From positions 363,320,001 to 363,384,000 of the forward strand of contig OZ024741.1 in assembly GCA_964016885.1 (NCBI GenBank): a DNA stretch of 64,000 nt, read 5' to 3'. The position numbers and the translations under genes were made by a program. The notes under the pieces were generated by a model. The model saw only the letters and a program-made list of their open reading frames with translations. It was not told the origin of the DNA and made no database searches. Positions 1 through 11,600 of this stretch are shown here, in pieces. The stretch's first letter is position 1; each line of letters starts with the position of its first letter. Origin of the DNA: Eledone cirrhosa (taxonomy: Eukaryota).

Positions 1-1698
1 AATCAAAAATACATTACAAAATAGTCTTGAAATGTTGTATATCTTGTGACTCTAACTAACTAGTCAGGTTTCCTGCACTTTGCCTCTACTAAAGAGGCTA
101 GGTTAGCAAGGTAACCTTTATGCAGTCACTCATCCTGTAAGAAATAGCAAGGTAAATCTCTTCTTAAACCACTTATTTTAAAAGAGAGGAAAACTGTACA
201 ACAAAACAAGTGTTTTAAGGAAAATTTTCCTGCTGAAGCAAGGGGTCCTTTTTGAGGCAATGTCATATAGCCAGTTGCCCATAAATGACCCCCAACCATT
301 TTTTGTTACCTCTTACAACATGCAGAGTTAGGTGTTCCTATTCTAAACTAGATACAGTGCAAATTTTGAAAACTGCCAGATAAGAAAATGGAATGGTCAC
401 AGGTGGAGTGCTGTTAGATTAACACAACAATTGGCAGATGTAAGCTTAAAAGAAATTCAGAGATGACTACTTTGTACAAATTAAAAGAATATGAATGTTA
501 TTCAATTTTTAATGTTCTGTGCCACACAAAACCACATTAGCAAGATATTCTTGAAAATTACTAAACAGCACTATGACGGCATCACGTTGAAACTTTAGGA
601 GAAATTCTTTACTCTGACACTGCAGATTTTCACAATCTATCCACTTGTAAAGATACTATACATATTTGAATTAACAAACCCATTTTTAGATATTTTATGC
701 TAAATCATTACAGGATGTTAAAAGTTAATCCTCAGATCAGCCATTCTATCTTATATATCTGGAACTACATTCTACAATACATCCTTTATTTAAGACAGTA
801 GGGTGTGATAAGAGGAATATTTGGTTGCTATTTCTAACAGGTTGAGTAATCGCATAGGCTAGTAAATGTTGTAAAGTTAGTAGCAACAACAATAAACCCA
901 TTACCAGATATAAGTGTAGTGCTCCAACTATGCTTATATCTGGTGGAGTACACCCCAGCAGTTCAGTCTGTCATTGGAATCAGATGTCTGTGATTGCTTA
1001 GCATAACCAGTTTTTGTTTATGATTCTGTGGATTCACTGGTTGGAGCTAGCTTTAACTGAATCCACCCACCTAGCTCACCACTAGTAGAACCTACAATAA
1101 TAAAGACTAGATCAGGAATACCCAAACGTTATAGACCATTGACCCCAGACATGTATACAAATAAATAATGATATTAGTAAATAGAATATAAAATAAAGAA
1201 AAAGATTAATTGTATATAAATCAGAAAACAGTATAAGCAAGTTGTACTTTATTGTATTATTTTTTTTAGTAACAAACAGAATACAATAACGAAAATATAA
1301 AAAAAAAATGTAAATAATAAACAGAAAAAGAGAAAAAATGGGAGTGGGGTGGCAAAGATAAATAAATTAAGGGAAGAGATGGGGGAAAACTTTTTGTGAT
1401 GGCAAAAGTGTTGCCAGGGAGAACAGTTAGCCACCTCACCTCACATGACTCCTTCCTCAATTTTGCAGAGGAAAATGACAATCCAGGTACTGTGAATGTC
1501 AATGGTCTTCTGGCACCTGGTGCAAAAAGGAAGCAGTTATTCAAAGCCAGTATTTTGGTTATCTTCTGCTCTTCTTTATTATGAGTGGAAGTGCTTGGGT
1601 TTGTGGACGAAGCAATGATGTTGGCTGTATTTTATGTATTTTCATTTCTTATACAAATGTCAAGTTGTGGCCACAAAGTTCAATGGAGTTTCATCAAT

Positions 1699-1724
1699 CA
1701 CTTTGAGGAACCCCTGGTCTAGAC
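1699..1724 (-). mobile_element. Isolated hAT-Charlie-like terminal inverted repeat
   Basis: CAGGGGTTCCTCAAAGTG end next to the palindromic 8-mer GTCTAGAC, typical of Charlie target sites; other end not found. Confidence 0.45.
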
Positions 1725-2489
1725 TGGAAATAAAGCATGTTCAATCACATGGTACTCCACAATAAGCATTTCAAAATATACTGTGTACTTTTTAACCACA
1801 TAGGTATGGTATATGTGGATCTTCTGATGAAACTAACTACACGGATAAGTCTACTCAACCAAAACTACAAAGTGACACCCTCACCATTAACAAAGAACAT
1901 CACAGATTCAGCCCAGGCTATGCATTCTTATCATTTGATAACTTCACCTCTCTTCATGGATTTCTGGGACATTGTAGAGTTGTCCCACCTTTGGAACTTT
2001 CATCAGCTACATAGAGTAATTAGTTGCTCGATCTGGTAGAAGCAGCAGCCAAATGTAGTACTACATACAGTCTGAAAATAAGACAACACGGTCATTGTTG
2101 GAATCCCACTCATCAAAAGTCAGTTCTATCAGGCGGAATAAACATCATCAGCAACCACAATTAGAAAAGCATCTTATATACTTCTGCTTTTTTTCTTCAG
2201 TATTTTGAATTGATACTTCTAGTTGATTGAAGTTTTTCCTGACTCACTGTATTCAGACGGCAAGACTTTATTTGTATCTGTAGGCTTCATACATTGTGTT
2301 TTCCTCAGGCATTTTCGCCTCTACCTTTGTTAATTGATAAATATATAAAGTTTCTCTAACATCAGTGTTTCTTGAAGAAATCTATATTTTGTCATAGATT
2401 CATGTTATTGTTAATAATGCATATAATATTGTTCATAATGTATCTTATACAGCACATCCCTCTATATAGTAGTTCATACTGTATCTTAA

Positions 2490-2708
2490 CCCTTTAGTAT
2501 TTTACATTACTCTATATTTACTATTGTATTTTCGTGGTAAAGGCTTTACATCACATAATTATCTCACATAATATCAAATCTATGAGATTTTGATATTTAT
2601 TTTGAGAACAATACCTTAACATCACTATGAGTGGCAAGTTACGGCCAGTTTGAACAGAAAGAACTGAAAGAATTCTGGTTGCATACAGCTGGTTTAAATG
2701 CTAAGGAG
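2490..2708. mobile_element. About 220 bp piggyBac-derived MITE
   Basis: TTAA|CCCTTTAG...CTAAGGAG|TTAA; shares TTCGTGGTAAAG with the large piggyBac; inverted sister copy at 32602-32801. Confidence 0.75.
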
Positions 2709-3454
2709 TTAAACAAACTCATCTCTATATAACATTGTTCATCAATTAACTTACTGAAAAGAAACCAGTGATATTAAACTTTATTCCAAAAGTAATCCAT
2801 AGGCAATTCAGTGTCAGTTTAAGTAGTTACATTAAATGTTTGAAATGTAATTTGTAAGCTAGTTATGGCTCATCCTGTATATGCTAATCTAACAACATTC
2901 ACCTTGTATTTAACATTGTTCATACTATGTCATGTAGCACTCATCTTCCTCTATAACATTGTTAATGATATATAAATGATATAACACTCATAAGCATTCT
3001 TTTGTTTTTAATAAAGTCAATTTTTATTTCCCCTCTTCTCATAAATTGACTATTGAAGTTAATGTTCCAATATACATACTTCTCCCCATCTTTTCAGCTA
3101 CTATACTTGTGGTAGAACAGATCTATTTTATTAACTTTGATAAGCTTTTCATTACCATATTTTTAATGAAAAACATCACTTATAATTTTTCAAATCATAA
3201 CTAATTTGGAGGAATTTAGTAACATAACTAACACATTAAAGCTGGTATTTGGAGAATAATTTTAATGTTCTTACATAAAATTATGATGGAAGGTTTCATC
3301 ATCACTGTTTAACATCCATTTTCCATGCTAGCATGGGTTAGACAGATTATCCCATTGTGAGACAAGTCAAATCAAATGACTGTTTCTGGTTTGCTTTTTA
3401 CGGCTGGATGCCCTTCCTAATGCTAACCATTTTACAGTGTGTTCTAAGTAACCA

Positions 3455-3720
3455 AAACTACCACTTTACAATGTGGACTGGGCACCTTTTGTCTCCAACA
3501 CGACCACTTTACGGGATGGGTTGGGCGTTTACTGTGTTGTGGGCTGGGTGCTTTTTGTCGTATCACCACGACCACCTTACAGGCAGATTGGGTGCGCTTT
3601 GTCATGCCACCAACCCAATCACTCCATAGGGTGGATTCGGCACCTGTCATGGCCACTTTACAGGGTGGGCTGGATGCCACCTGTTGTCTCCAACATGACC
3701 ACCTCACAGGGTAGATCAGG
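3455..3720 (-). repeat. Degenerate tandem array of about 42 bp units related to the RTE 5' UTR repeat
   Basis: About six units of CACCACTTTACAGGGTGGGYTGGGTGCTTTTGTC; the reverse complement resembles 43993-44030 and 44073-44112. Confidence 0.65.
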
Positions 3721-3904
3721 AGTGTTTGAAGACTCTGCCCCTACAACCCTCTCAGGAATAAGTTTATTAATATAACTAACTTTCTCATTATTAAGCTGGT
3801 GTTTGGAACAAAGGTTTTTACATAAAATTATGATGGAAGGTTATTTACATAAATATAAACACATTGAACCCTTTGTTACCATATTTGCTCAAGGAAACAA
3901 CATC

Positions 3905-4190
3905 ACCCGGTTCAATTCTCAGACCGGGTGATGTGTTGTTTCCTTGAGCAAGACACTTTATTTCACATAGCTCCAGTTTACTCAGCTGTAGAAATGAGAT
4001 GATAGGGACTGGGGTCCCTATCATTCCACTGCAAAGTGGTCGTGGAGGTGCCACGGCAAAAAAGCACCCAGCACTCACTGTAAATGAGGTTGGTGTTAGG
4101 AAGGGCATCCGGCTGTAGAAATCAAGCCAGAATCAGTTCCCGTCCCACCCTTGCAAGCAGGGAAAAGCGGATGTAAAATGATGATGCTGA
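3905..4190 (+). mobile_element. tRNA-derived SINE with RTE 5' UTR segment and RTE 3' tail
   Basis: B-box-like GGTTCAATTC head; AAAAGCACCCAG...GTTAGGAAGGGCATCC; tail CCCACCCTTGCAAGCAGGGAAAAGCGGATGTAAAATGATGATG almost identical to 21370-21418. Confidence 0.75.
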
Positions 4191-4479
4191 TTTCTAATGA
4201 AAGACATTGCCTATAGTTTTCAAATAATCAAGAATATGGCAGGATTTAGTAATATAACTAATTTTCTCATGTAGCTGGTGTTTGGACCATAACTTCACAA
4301 AGGTTCTTACATAAAACCACGTGCAGTTTCAGGTGGTTTGATATCAAAAGTGTATGTGAGACAACCATAGCACAGCACCTGTTTCTTGATTCCATATTGT
4401 TAGCTGAAACTCTTCATATAATTGAGATTCTTACAATTTCAGTTTCTTTTTTCATTATTATTGGCAATATCAGTAAAGT

Positions 4480-4620
4480 CAGACACCATGCTTTGCAGCA
4501 TAGTTACGGCCCTTTACAGCCTGAGTTCAAATCCCGCCGAGGTTAACTTTGCCTTTCATCCTTACAGGGTCGATAAAATAAAGCACCAATAATGTACTTG
4601 TGCCAAAAGTAGAAACATTA
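4480..4620 (+). mobile_element. tRNA-derived SINE, representative of an abundant family
   Basis: GAGTTCAAATCCC B box + GCCTTTCATCCTTACGGGGTCGATAAAATAAAG + GTGCCAAAAGTAGAAAC tail; further copies near 8550, 11290, 12925, 22170, 43330, 53070, 55955, 61515. Confidence 0.85.
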
Positions 4621-5379
4621 TTATTAGTAGTAATAGCATTCTTTTTATTGTTAGTGTTTTTTATCGATAATTATCAAGTGTATTTATTGTTGTTGCATTG
4701 CCAACTCAAGTGTTTACATCCATAATTATATATTTTTAACTGTGATTTTTAAACCTGGCAGAGCCCACCCCCTCTCCAGGTCTGAACGCAACTGATTTTT
4801 CCCGAATGAGAACAAGATATAGAGGAAGAATTGACCCCAGTACTGGACTGGCATTTTATCGACCTCAAAAGGATGAAAAGCAAATTTTACCTCAGTCGGA
4901 ACAAAAAACACAAAGCATTGATACCTTGATATGATGCTTTAAATAAATAATAGAAAATATTTAATGTTCTGACTAGAAATTACTTTTGCTATCACAGGCA
5001 AAAAAAGAGTGATAATGTTAGTAACGTTAGAATCCTAAGCTAGGGCAAAACATTTGGCCTGCATAAAATCCCTGTTTATAGAACAATTCTAAATAACAGG
5101 AACAGAGCTAAGGGATCACTCAAAGGGTGAACTGAACCTTTAAGCCAAAACCTGACATTTATGTAAGAGATGAAATACAGGCTTCTGGTTTATTTTTTTT
5201 AACATGCCTGGGTTTAAGGGGTAAAAAATTCAACCAAGGAGATAGACGGTCAACCTGCGGGAAATAGCAGTCAAATATCTTTAAACAATGGATAACAAAG
5301 ATGGATTGGTTTTTCAACTTCTACAGAAAATTTAAAAAGAAAAAGCCAAAAGTAAAGTTTTAGAATTGAATTTTTAGAA

Positions 5380-5385
5380 TTTATT
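5380..5385 (-). terminator. Candidate polyadenylation signal of WDR43
   Basis: AATAAA on the minus strand about 170 nt after the stop; a second one at 5189-5194. Confidence 0.5.
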
Positions 5386-5552
5386 TTCAATATCTATCTT
5401 TGATACACATCTTCCAAATGATTATAAACCATTGCCAGGTGAATATATTGTAGCCATTAACAGATCACAACTGAATTATCAGTTCAGTACTCCAGGCAAA
5501 ATGTTAAAGGAAATATGTATCAAAATATCATCATCATCATTTGAAACAGCCA

Positions 5553-5642
5553 TCAGTCACTATCATCTCTCTCGTCAGTTTCATTAGGTTTCGCACTTTC
5601 ACTATCATCTTTGCCTTCCTCATCACTTGTATTCCAATCATA
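5553..5642 (-). CDS. WDR43: WDR43 exon 17 (terminal, acidic tail, TGA)
   Basis: ttgcag|YDWNTSDEEGKDDSESAKPNETDERDDSD*; 90 nt. Confidence 0.87.
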   Translation of the reverse strand, partial: YDWNTSDEEGKDDSESAKPNETDERDDSD

Positions 5643-8600
5643 CTGCAATAAAAAGAACACAAATTAAACATTAATCTCAAACAATAACTACTTCAACTTT
5701 AACATGACTCTACAACAGTGGTATCCAACCTATCATTGGTCCCCAATGGGTGGGGCCTGTGAGCATGATGAGTTAATAAACCTTTCAAAAACCTAGGATT
5801 CATGGGAAAACTAATTTAACTCTTAACATCCCATGATGATTTAGCAAAAAATATCTAAACATGAGTTTGTTAAAATCAAATTATAGTATCTTTAATAGTG
5901 AACAGGTTGTGAAAATTTTCAGCAAAGAAATGTTTTGTGCTTTTCAAGAAAGTCTAGCAGTTTTATGTGGTACAGGACATTGTAAGTTGTGAAAGAGGGC
6001 AAAAAGGGTTGGTGTCAGTTTTTCTTGTGTCACCATCACGATTACCTTACAGAACGGACTGGGTGCTTTTGTTGTTGTGGTGTTGGATTAGCATATGGGG
6101 TGGACTTTGTGCTTTGGCATTGTGGGAGATCAGATGTCGAGCATGTCCAGTTGAGGTATACCAAGTAAGTGAGTTCTGCAATTAGGTGCATGGAATATTG
6201 AGGCGTGAATAGGGTATTAAGACAGGGGTGGGTGATGCAGACTAATGTATTCCCTTAAGTACAAAATGTTCAATAACATAAATTGTGCAATAAGGTAAAT
6301 TTCAGCTTAGTGGTAAACATTAAAATTCTATTCCTCGTGGCAAAACAATACAGATCAGAGCTAACAAAGAACCTCCAAATCATCATCATTTCGATGGTAG
6401 CAAGGTTTGAATGGGTTGTCACAGACCAATTCAGTACTTAATCTTATCAACCCTTTGGTAAATTTGCTATAGCTGGATGCCCTTCTTACCACCTAACTGA
6501 ATTACAAAAAACAAATGTAAATAAATTGTTTTGTAACTGGGAGAAATACAAAGAAAAATTAACTAAAAATCAACGTAAATTACATATATTTATTTTAAAA
6601 AATTAAAAAATGAATCAAAGGATTGAGTCCCTATCATTAAAGTAACCAAGAAACTTCCTATGAAGTTGCATCTCATATGAGGCTGGCAAAACTTGTGCAG
6701 CAACAACAAAAGTTGGAAAACAATGTTGTAGAGAAACTTGGGTGGGAAGAGAATTTCAGAGAGTAACTGCTCCAGTAAGGAAAAATTGGATAAAGTCTTT
6801 AGGACAAGATCTGGTGATGAAATATAAGAGTTATGAGAGAGTTAGCTCAGATAAGTAGAGGCCACTTTAGTAATGATAGAAGAGTATACATGGAGAGAAA
6901 GCGAGCAGCTGTAGAAACTATAACAAACTCCCTAGTGCTGATGCCATGATAAAAATGCATCTTGCACATTGTGTAAGACATCCAACCTGCCTAGGACGAC
7001 AGTAGTTCTGATTAAATACTGACTTGGTCTGTAATGACCTGCCCAAATAATGTCAGCCAGGAAAAATGGACTATAAATGATGGCAACCCCAACCATTTCC
7101 CTAGGAGACAAAGGTACTGAATGAAAAGTATTCATCTACTCATCAAACAACATTATATAACTGAATTAAATTACCTCAGATTCAGACTCACAAGCCACTG
7201 CATCATCTAAATTCTGTTTAAAACACATTTCTTCATCGGATGAAGCTGTAAGAGAAAGAAATTAAATTTGAGTGAAACAAAGCAAACATTTAACTGTAGT
7301 TGATGAAACAATGCACTGAATGAAGTATGAAGACCCATCTATGAAACTTGAAAATACACACAAGAAAACCAAACTATTTTTATAAAATAAAAACAAGAGT
7401 GTTATTTAAAATTCTTTAACAAAAAGAAGAAAAAAACCTAAATTATATTAGACAAAGAAATATACATATATTCTTTATGAGATCAACCCTGCTTTTTATA
7501 AGATCTTAAATCCTAATAACTAATGCAAGAGTTGTTTTTTTAATTATCTCACTGTCAATATTTTGATATCAAACAGCCCCTGGTTCTATGATTTTAGAAT
7601 CTTTCATCATATTTTTATGTAAGAATTTTTATTAACCGTTTAATTACCAACCCGGTCAAAAACGGATCTGGTTCTATGAAATAAAGTCACCCATTTTAAA
7701 GGTTCCCGATTTAAATTAAAACCTTCCAACATAATTTTACATGAGAACCTTACAATTAAGTTACTATCTTAGTAATGAAATAAAGTGTATTACATTAGAA
7801 ATGCGGCCATGAAAAGGTTAAATTATGTTTCAAACACACCGAACCACTCGAGGTTATATGATACAAAACAGTTTGCTTTACATTATGTATTATTATCTAA
7901 AGAGCTTATTAAATCTTTTACAATCAACTAATACCAAAAAAAAAAGAAAAATGATTGCTGATAACCTATTAATTATGAAACATGATTTATTAATATATTT
8001 TTCTAGTTGTCATAAAAATTCATATCAACCAATTGGAAAGCATTTCTTCAGAAATACAAAAACAAAAGGAGTAATATAATAATAAAAAAATAAAACCACC
8101 AACCATCTTGGTAAACAAGGAGCGGGTGTTGTTCCTGGTGACCCTCTTCCTGTTCATCCTGATGCCGAGAGTTGAGCTGTAAGATTAAACAGACAATTAA
8201 ATAGAGAGGAATCTAACAAAAAAGAGAATTAACATTTCTGATATCAATGCACCCAAAACTACCCTGGTTCTATGATACAAAACTCTTTGTTTTTAAATGT
8301 TTATATTTATATATATAAAAAAAAAATCAAGCATAATGATAATGAGAAAATTAGTTATAATACCAAATCCCTCCAAAAGCGATTTGAAAATTAGAGCTAT
8401 TTCACTAGAAATATAGTAATGAAATATGTTAATGTGGAAGGATTATGGACATTAAACTGAATAATCCTTCAGTACACATCCGGTACTGAATTTACTAATT
8501 CAGGGGAGATAAAAGGCAAGCAACAACAATAATTGTTTCTAATTTAGGTATCGATCCCAGTACTTGATTGGTACTTTATTTTATCAACCCGCAAAGGATG

Positions 8601-11600
8601 AGACAAAGTTGATCACAATAGAATTTGAACTGTGTAGAACAAGAACATATAATCACAAGGTATTATTTTGTCCAATGGCTTTTAAAATAGTATTAATCCA
8701 CACATTCTGAAGGGAATGGTATATGTTTATATATCAATCCAGATCTTACCCCAGAAGGATGTAAGACGAAATTGACGGAGGGGATTGTAAGGGGATATAA
8801 ATAAATCATGCAAGGCATCTATCCACTGCTCTTTCATATTTATCTATTGCTCTAGATTTTTGAATTTGCCACAAAGCCACATAAATTGGGGTACACCTAA
8901 GCTTGGTAGTGTTACAGCAGTATGAGAGGCCTTTTATATAATCTGAAAAACCAGACATAGATATATTGCTACATTATCACAGGGTTAGACCTCTACGAGT
9001 CATCTAGGGCAATCTGAGACTATGAGGGGAAATAGAAACTATGTGAAAGCTCACCAGATAGATTGTACCTGTAATTCAAAGATTTAGCATAGACATATTG
9101 TGTCACACTGATTCTCGTTAAAAATTATGTTAAAGGCACACGTCTGTGAAAGACTCCATCGCTTATGCAAAACATTCATAAAAAGTACAAAGTAGCACTA
9201 TGATTGGGTCACATTGAAAATTAGTCTTTAGTTTACAAATTTTCACAATGACCTGTCCACTAGTAAAAATACTATAAACATCTGAATTAGCAAACATATT
9301 TTTAGACGTTTTCTGCTAAATAATTATAGGGTGTTAGTAGTTAATGAATAGGATCATAAGTTGACTAAATAACTGAATGCCATCATCGAAACGGGATAAA
9401 TAAGATGTGTGGCAAATGAAAGAAGGAAACAATAAAACTAGAAGAAAAAAATACTTACATGTGACAATAATAATCCTAACTTGCCTTGTAATCGTGTCAG
9501 TTTTGAAAACATGGTCACTCTGCTATCCATTAAACGATGTAATGAACTTAAACTGTTTATTAAATCTGGAAACTAAATAAACACAACAATAATAAATATT
9601 TGTTAAGAACATAATATCTCAAGAAGAGTTAATAAAAGATATCAACCTGTCTGAAACTGCCCAAAGCTTATCCTTTAATCTATATATAAATTTGAGCGAC
9701 TTCCGTCCATCACACAATGTGTGTCTGTGTGTGAAAGGAAGGGATGGTGAAAAAACTACAGCAAAAGTGTAGTTAGCATTCCATTTGCTACACTGTGTGT
9801 ATTTTTGTAAGTATGTCTATGTTTGCATGTTTATATTTATATACTCATACATATGTATGCATATGCACACACACAGCGTCAGCATGTTGAAAAAATTCTA
9901 ATGTAAGAAATTTTTGTTTGGTTAGGTTCCAAACAACACCTTAATAGTGAGAAAGTTAGTTATATTACTGAATCCAACTAATTTTTTTATTATTTAAAAA
10001 ATTAATTGAAACACATTGGCAGAGTATTTCATTAGAAATAGGGTAACAAAAGGGTTAAGGCCATTTTCCCTGCTAAAGCAAGGGTTGTTCTTGAGAGACT
10101 CATGATAAACTTCATACTCATCAAGGGTCCTTTTTGAGGCAATGTTTTACAGTCAGATGTCCTTCCTTCCTTCCTTAGTAACATCTTATGAAATGCAGGG
10201 ATAGCAGAAATAAATCATAGGCAGCGTATTTCATTGGAAATAAGGTAACAAAAACCTAGTAGCTTCATAACGGTTTTATATATTCTTGCTGGAACAATTC
10301 ATGTAAAGCAACACCTGCACAATTGTATCATAAAGTGGAGTTAATTCAATGTTGGATTACTGAAAACCAGTTACCAGGTCATATCCTTCCCTATTGTAAA
10401 TGTACATAAGTTGAGTTAGGTAAAAGCATCCCACTTAGTTGCATGTATTCGTATGAAAACAGATTTCCTAACTCAGCAGTTTCCAATTTAGGGTCCTGCA
10501 AATATAGTACTGGGGATCCATAAAGTTGAAAACAATGTACATATTCTGTCTCCATCCTTCATCATCATTTTACGTCCGCTTTTCCCTGCTTTCAATAAGT
10601 ATAAATTCAGTTGTTATTCTTGATGTATAACAACCTGGGAGGGGAGTAATTGCAAAAGAGGAAGGAATCTTAAATAAAAAAGATGTTTGGGTATCACTGC
10701 TGTAGCCTATAATTGAATAATCTATGACAATAAAGGCAGTCCACTACACAGAGGAATAAAAAAGTTAAAAGTCACAGTTTTATGACAACAGATTGTGCTA
10801 CTTACTGACATTAGATATGAAGTGTGGATGGATAGGACAACTTTAACCCATAGGGCATATATTGGCAATCTGAAGAAAAAACAAAACAATCTTTTAATCA
10901 AACCATATTTATAGAAAACTAATTCAAAGGGGTTACTTGAGGCCCACCAAATAAAACATTTCTTATATTCTTAATACATAATATTCTCAGGGTTATATTT
11001 ATAGCTAAACTGCTAGAACTGTCAGATCAAACTCAACAATTTGACACTAGATATAACCAACTATTTGAAGGCACCATAACAGGTTAATAATTCAAAACCT
11101 GCCTCTTGTCACCAGAAAAGCAACAACACTTTTGTCAGGTCTTGCAACTGACAGATAGTGTCAATAATGCAAAAACCAATGGAAACAGTTTCCTTGGATA
11201 ACCCTGACAATTGGCTCTTTTCCTTTATAATAGGTTGATACATTAACTTGATGAACTAACAGAAGTGGTAGACATTAAACAAAATTTGCATTCTGAGTTC
11301 AAATCTAACTGGAGTTATGCCTTTCATCACTTTGGAATTGATAAAGTAAGATACAGAAATATACTGGAGTCAATTGAACTCTATATTCTCCTCTAGAGAA
11401 TTTATAAATCTTGTGTTGTGAAGGGAAATAATACACAAAGCTTAAAGTGTCAACTTACATTGAGTGTGGAATACTTATCCGCCGGGAAAGTTCATTTATT
11501 AAAGGAACAACAGCTTGTATATTTAATTTTTTTACGGTATTCTGTATAATAGCTTCACTATGCTCTTTACGTAGAACATTCTGAAAAAGAAAACAAATTA

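Noticed and set aside
3455-3720. CRISPR-like regular repeats
   Set aside because: No unique spacers and no cas genes; derived from the RTE 5' UTR.
6302-6390. C/D snoRNA candidate in intron 16
   Set aside because: The C box is part of a (CAT)n retro-tail; no terminal stem; guide match weak and not adjacent to the D box.
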